A DNA stretch of 64,000 nucleotides from a virus. Taxonomy: Duplodnaviria; Caudoviricetes. The notes beneath the pieces are model-generated. The model saw nothing but the letters and a program-made list of their open reading frames with translations. It had not been told where the DNA came from and ran no database searches. Of the stretch, positions 59,693 to 64,000 are shown in pieces. The stretch is from positions 38,217 to 102,216 of IMG/VR virus record IMGVR_UViG_3300033463_000049; one strand, written 5' to 3'. Both the position numbers and the translations under genes were made by a program. Each line of letters opens with the position of its first letter. The first letter of the stretch is position 1.

Positions 59693-61171
59693 TTATGCGT
59701 TTTTTGTCTCTTCCTCCTTGGCTTTAGCCTTACGTTCAGCCCAGGCCTTCTTGGTTTCTTCAGCCAGAGCCTTCTTCTCTTCCTCAGAGCGTTCCTCCAG
59801 TTCAGATACGTAGGATAGACCGCAGTCGGTCAATTGCTCACCAGCGCTGCGGAACAGGTTGATGATGTGATAACCATACTGCTTGATGTTCTCACCAAGG
59901 TTCTTATAGTCGGTCATGCTGAGTTCCTTACCGTAGTAAGATCGACAGATAACGTTGAACGTCTTGTTGGCGTTCTGACATTCCTGCGTCAGCTGACCGC
60001 CGTCTGTAGTAAAGTCGACGCCGATGTTTTCAAGCAAAGTGTCGATTTCGTCAAATGACGGACTTGTAATATAGTCGAGGATGTTAGTATAGTACTGAAT
60101 CTGAGCCTCGCACTTCTCAATTTCAGTCTTGTTCTTCTTAGCGTCCAAATTCTCGATGCTCTTCTTGTTGGACTCGATGTTGATGTTACAACACCACTTG
60201 ATAATCGATTTCACACAATATGCGATTTCGGCTTCATCCAGGACGGGTTGACCGCTCTGCTTGTCCTTTATAGCATCACGAAGGATAACGAAGGCATGAA
60301 TAGGATTCTTCTCAACAGCGACGACAGATGCCATACCGCGGCCAATACCTCCGAAGAATATGGTGGGCTTAACGTAGGTAAAGAGATCATCCAGCCAATC
60401 GCCAGAGTTGTAGTTCTCGAAACGAGCTTTAGCCTCTTCGGTGTTCTCAGCGCGTTCTGCTTCAGCAAGACGAAACTGCTTCATGAAATCGATGCCCTGC
60501 GTCATCAGTTCAGGTAGACGCTTGCTGTGAGTCAGGAACATGTACTCAAGGGCCTTTGTCAGGTCTTCCTCGGAGACAATCTTCGTGGGGTCGAGTTCAG
60601 GCTTCTCACCTTTACGAATTTCATCTTCCTTCTTGAGCTGCTTCTTAGTCTCAGCACCAATCTTCACGTCTTTGGCCTTAACGGTCACGTTTCCGTCTTC
60701 TGTAGCAGGCAGAGCTTTGATATCAGGGAGCTCGATGTCGTATCCAGCGGCCTTTGCACAGTCGATGAGAGCCGCATAGTCGGTCTTCTGCATAAGAAGT
60801 GCAAACGTATCATCTCCGTTTGCGCAGTGATCCATAAGCGTTGTGACGGTACCGAGAGCCACAAGCATGTTTGTCTTCTTCCGTACCTCCAATGGAAAGG
60901 CCAGCGCAGGATCTGCGGGGTTAACTACTGTCTTTTCCAGAAGGCTAAACGCAAGAATCTTCATGTCTGCTGACAGAGTACTCATCTTCTGGCGCAGCTT
61001 GTCGGGGTTGGTACCTGCAAGCGTACGGACCTCCTCTTCGTTCAGTTGAGCGTTCTCAATTACTTCCTCCTGCTTCTTAGCTGTCGTCTTAGGTGCAGCG
61101 GCAGGAGCCTTCGGTGCTCCCTTAGGAGCATTGTTTTTGTTTCCCTTACTGGGAGTGTTATTCTTACTCAT
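59693..61171 (-). CDS. Hypothetical 492-aa protein with K/A/P-rich N-terminus
   Basis: Long ORF with strong high-expression codon bias. Confidence 0.8.
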   Translation of the reverse strand: MSKNNTPSKGNKNNAPKGAPKAPAAAPKTTAKKQEEVIENAQLNEEEVRTLAGTNPDKLRQKMSTLSADMKILAFSLLEKTVVNPADPALAFPLEVRKKTNMLVALGTVTTLMDHCANGDDTFALLMQKTDYAALIDCAKAAGYDIELPDIKALPATEDGNVTVKAKDVKIGAETKKQLKKEDEIRKGEKPELDPTKIVSEEDLTKALEYMFLTHSKRLPELMTQGIDFMKQFRLAEAERAENTEEAKARFENYNSGDWLDDLFTYVKPTIFFGGIGRGMASVVAVEKNPIHAFVILRDAIKDKQSGQPVLDEAEIAYCVKSIIKWCCNINIESNKKSIENLDAKKNKTEIEKCEAQIQYYTNILDYITSPSFDEIDTLLENIGVDFTTDGGQLTQECQNANKTFNVICRSYYGKELSMTDYKNLGENIKQYGYHIINLFRSAGEQLTDCGLSYVSELEERSEEEKKALAEETKKAWAERKAKAKEEETKNA

Positions 61172-61252
61172 TTTGATAATAAATTAAGAATGGGTTAATT
61201 ACTTGGGTCATGTAAACCCGTTTGTGATCTCTGTTTCTGTCGTTAGATTCAT

Positions 61253-61675
61253 TCATGATGTATCATACGGCATACCCGGTGTTCCTTTGTTCAGCGGGTT
61301 ATTAAAAGTTGGTTGACCTCGGATTTCCCCGAAAGTCTCACTAGGAGCATAGAAGCAAACTTTGCTGTCACGTGCAGGGATTTCTACTACCTCACTCGCA
61401 GGATTTGCCGTAGAGGCGAGGATGTCACCCAGCGTTGTGTAGAAATCAACACAATTTGCTGGGGACACCTGCGTGGGATTATACACCTGCTCAAAGTTCT
61501 TCTTGACATCGCTCGAGCTCTTATCGAGCTTTGAAACGATCGCTCCACCAGCCATTCCTGCGAACAATGAGATCAGCAGGATCCAAAACAGATTGTCACT
61601 CTTGTTGTACTTTGCCATAATCCAACAAACAGTGATCAAACCGATGATGGAAAGAAAGGTCAGTAAGCCTGTCAT
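61253..61675 (-). CDS. Two-TM membrane protein coupled to the ECF sigma gene
   Basis: Two N-terminal hydrophobic helices; ATGA overlap with the sigma stop. Confidence 0.7.
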   Translation of the reverse strand: MTGLLTFLSIIGLITVCWIMAKYNKSDNLFWILLISLFAGMAGGAIVSKLDKSSSDVKKNFEQVYNPTQVSPANCVDFYTTLGDILASTANPASEVVEIPARDSKVCFYAPSETFGEIRGQPTFNNPLNKGTPGMPYDTS

Positions 61676-62247
61676 AAGTTTAACTTTTTTTGAAATTGTT
61701 TTCTCATACGGAACAAGTTAGATTTAACCGTTCCTGACGGCACATTTAACGCAGCCGCTATTTGCGCAACAGTCATATTCTCCACATAAAACAGTCTACA
61801 CGATTCTCGATACGATGGAGGTAACGTGTCAATTAGACTAATTAGATAATCATAAGTCATCTTGTTTACGACGCTTATTTCATCATCCCCCTCTTCGTCA
61901 GGTAGTTGCAACTTTTTTTCCTGATTGTCTGAGGATACATTAATCTTATTGCCGATTGTTCTAAGGTAGTCAATGGCTGTATTTTTTGTTAGAATTCTCA
62001 GCCAACCCCCGAAGGAGTCGTACGCTGTGAATTGAGAGAGTTTATCGTATACCTTCAAGAATACTATATTGGTCAAATCTTTCGACTCGTCCATATCCTT
62101 CAAGTAATGGAACAGCAGGTGTTCCACAAAAGGTTTATACCTATAAAATATACGATTGAAGGCCTTCATTGATCCAGCCTGCGCATCTTTGATAGTCTTA
62201 ATTTCCTCAGGTGTAATTCTGGGAGTTTTTATAGACATACCAAACAA
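61672..62247 (-). CDS. ECF-type sigma-70 factor
   Basis: Region 2 AFNRIFYRY...DLTNIVFLKVY...SFGGWLRILTKNTAIDYLR; region 4 LPPSYRESCRLFYVENMTVAQIAAALNVPSGTVKSNLFRMR. Confidence 0.92.
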   Translation of the reverse strand: MFGMSIKTPRITPEEIKTIKDAQAGSMKAFNRIFYRYKPFVEHLLFHYLKDMDESKDLTNIVFLKVYDKLSQFTAYDSFGGWLRILTKNTAIDYLRTIGNKINVSSDNQEKKLQLPDEEGDDEISVVNKMTYDYLISLIDTLPPSYRESCRLFYVENMTVAQIAAALNVPSGTVKSNLFRMRKQFQKKLNL

Positions 62248-62495
62248 ATTTAATTAGATTACGCTAGAGTACACTAGCGAGTGGTTATTAACCTCTTTCG
62301 AGATGTGACAGACACTTGCTGTATAGTGAGGTAGCGAATATCGAAATTCGGTCTTCTTGATTTTATCAATAGTGACGAACCTACCTACCTCTAACTTAGA
62401 GTATATGTACACTTTACTCCTCTTTGTCAGGCAGCTCAAGTGCTTACTATCGCACGAGCACTTAAGGGAATTTCACCCTATTCCTCAAGTTATAG

Positions 62496-62534
62496 TGGGC
62501 CGTGGGAATACGAATCCCGTTACGTTTACGACCC
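62496..62534 (-). ncRNA. tRNA-like minihelix 6 (39 nt)
   Basis: GGGTCGT/ACGGCCC+A, 9-nt linker, GGGA-TTCGTAT-TCCC. Confidence 0.55.
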
Positions 62535-62965
62535 TAGAAAGGTAAGCCGGATACGACTATTCTGTCGTACTCGGCTTTCAAGTTCTTCACCATGTTATCA
62601 TGAAACGTCATCTGAAGATCTTTTGATATGTTGCAATTATTCAACATACCTGTTGCTATCCTTATAAGTACGTCCAACGTCTTATAATTGAAAAGAGCGG
62701 ATTTGTTGAAAATCTCGTTCAATAACCACACATTCGCTTTACGAACATCTGGTTGGTAGATAACAACTTTCTCTTCTTCTGAAATATCCCACGGTACACA
62801 TGGCTGCGGATACGGACCAAATAAATTAGTGTTATTTAACAGTATATAACTCGAACCCTTGTTGTACAAAGATTGTAAGTAGTTATACTTATCTGCAACG
62901 GTGTTTTCTTTCATACAAGATGGTATAAAAGAATCACCTATCAACAATTGTTGCTTGTGCATCAA
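62534..62965 (-). CDS. Hypothetical protein
   Basis: 143-aa ORF ending GLPF-TAG. Confidence 0.65.
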   Translation of the reverse strand: MMHKQQLLIGDSFIPSCMKENTVADKYNYLQSLYNKGSSYILLNNTNLFGPYPQPCVPWDISEEEKVVIYQPDVRKANVWLLNEIFNKSALFNYKTLDVLIRIATGMLNNCNISKDLQMTFHDNMVKNLKAEYDRIVVSGLPF

Positions 62966-63380
62966 ATTCGTTAATTAACTTAATAATCTGATCCTTGGAT
63001 ACTTTGAATTCGTATCCTAACGCTCTGATTACCTTCATGGGAGATACTCCCTGCTGACAGAGACGGTAATACTTTCCTTGTAAGGATCGTACATCATCTT
63101 CTGATAAATAAAGATCAGAGCCGTTTGGACTAAATTCGGTTTTGGAAAATACACCGAAATTGATGAAACTGAGAGGATGAAATACCCAATCCATGTGACA
63201 CAACTCAATGTTGTCCAACACGTCTTGTGGTACTTCTACGGTCTTGCCGCTACTTAGGAAGCCTCCTAAATCTACGGCCTTTTTATCCAACTGTAATGTC
63301 GGATACACGCCTTTTACTTTTACAATAAAAAGGTCACTTTCACGTTGGGCGATATAGACGCCTGAATTTTCTGGAAACAT
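62934..63380 (-). CDS. Hypothetical protein
   Basis: 148-aa ORF coupled to its neighbours. Confidence 0.7.
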   Translation of the reverse strand: MFPENSGVYIAQRESDLFIVKVKGVYPTLQLDKKAVDLGGFLSSGKTVEVPQDVLDNIELCHMDWVFHPLSFINFGVFSKTEFSPNGSDLYLSEDDVRSLQGKYYRLCQQGVSPMKVIRALGYEFKVSKDQIIKLINEFDAQATIVDR

Positions 63381-63381
63381 T

Positions 63382-63897
63382 TTATTTAAAAGATTTGATT
63401 AAATAGTCAGCAAATTTTCTGTCTATTCCATACTTACTCATGAGGATTGGGATTATTTCATCATCTGACATTCCCCATTTTCTAGAGTGGTCATATGTTT
63501 CTTGTGCAGGCAAATGTGTTGTACTAAACCAGTTTACCCAGCCAGCTATTACTTGCCAATAAGAATACATATCGGGATCTTCTTCTGACAACTTAGTCCA
63601 GTTGATAGTATCCGCAAATTTCATATACAGCTCAGACTTAGGTATATTGTTCACCTGTTCCATTGTAACAGGCTTAAGTTCAGCGTACCTTAACTGATCG
63701 TATATTTCCTGACGCTTCCATCGTTGTTTGATACCAAGTATCTGCTTAACAACTACAGAACGCTTGTTTTGCGGATAACGCTTTACTACGTTGTCATAAA
63801 CATAATTAATCCAGCGTTCTTTGGCTTTACACCACTTCAACGCCAAGTTTAACATAAGGGGCATTCTGTCCCTCAGCATTGCTTTGTATCCGTTCAT
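63382..63897 (-). CDS. Hypothetical protein
   Basis: Start reassigned to ATG 63897 because the upstream extension crosses tRNA sequences. Confidence 0.65.
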   Translation of the reverse strand: MNGYKAMLRDRMPLMLNLALKWCKAKERWINYVYDNVVKRYPQNKRSVVVKQILGIKQRWKRQEIYDQLRYAELKPVTMEQVNNIPKSELYMKFADTINWTKLSEEDPDMYSYWQVIAGWVNWFSTTHLPAQETYDHSRKWGMSDDEIIPILMSKYGIDRKFADYLIKSFK

Positions 63898-63912
63898 ACA
63901 GTTAAAAATTAG

Positions 63913-63948
63913 TTGGACGACCCGGATTCGAACCGGGAATGACAGAAC
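63913..63948 (-). pseudogene. Orphan 3' half of a tRNA-Gln-like gene
   Basis: TTCTG-TCATT-CCCGG-TTCGAAT-CCGGG-TCGTCCA-A; no 5' half in the ~16 nt before the upstream tRNA. Confidence 0.6.
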
Positions 63949-63964
63949 ACGTGTTTTTGTATAG

Positions 63965-64000
63965 TTGCCCCAACAGGATTCGAACCTGTGCAGCAAGACC
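63965..64000 (-). tRNA. 3' half of a tRNA, probably Gln-type (truncated by window edge; anticodon not visible)
   Basis: TCTTG-CTGC-ACAGG-TTCGAAT-CCTGT-TGGGGCA-A; A72 suggests the U1:A72 pair typical of tRNA-Gln. Confidence 0.7.

Noticed and set aside
62254-62439. 61-aa minus-strand ORF
   Set aside because: Non-ATG start, short, no motif; possible but unsupported.

Overview
64 kb of a crAss-like (Crassvirales) phage genome, probably infecting Bacteroidota, with two convergent arms. On the + strand (1-43194) is the late/virion module, which uses genetic code 15 (TAG=Gln). The supplied ORF track is fragmented there, but the fragments are in frame and join through TAG codons. The joined genes encode ring/neck proteins, an auxiliary capsid protein, a holin, a spanin-like protein, an IHF-like protein, the muzzle and cargo proteins. 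They also include a ~5,413-aa virion RNA polymerase polyprotein (DFDVD motif, zincin, inserted NADAR and RpoA alpha-CTD-like domains) and a ~2,337-aa ejected polyvalent protein (ART-PolyVal with a nested HD domain, plus a zincin). On the - strand (43257-64000) is the replication/early module in standard code: nucleases, AAA ATPases, DnaG, an SSB-like protein, DnaB, PolB, an ECF sigma factor with a coupled membrane protein, and tRNA pieces. The most unusual observations are: (i) at least six anticodon-less tRNA-like RNAs (acceptor stem plus T-arm, 39-156 nt) in intergenic spaces of the replication arm; (ii) a 2.1-kb structured non-coding region; (iii) a candidate co-injected ADP-ribose writer/eraser/HD set; (iv) an alpha-CTD-like insert in the viral RNAP; (v) a split ring protein; (vi) a -1 frameshift signal. 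All family calls come from motif recognition and gene order read by eye; no database search was run.
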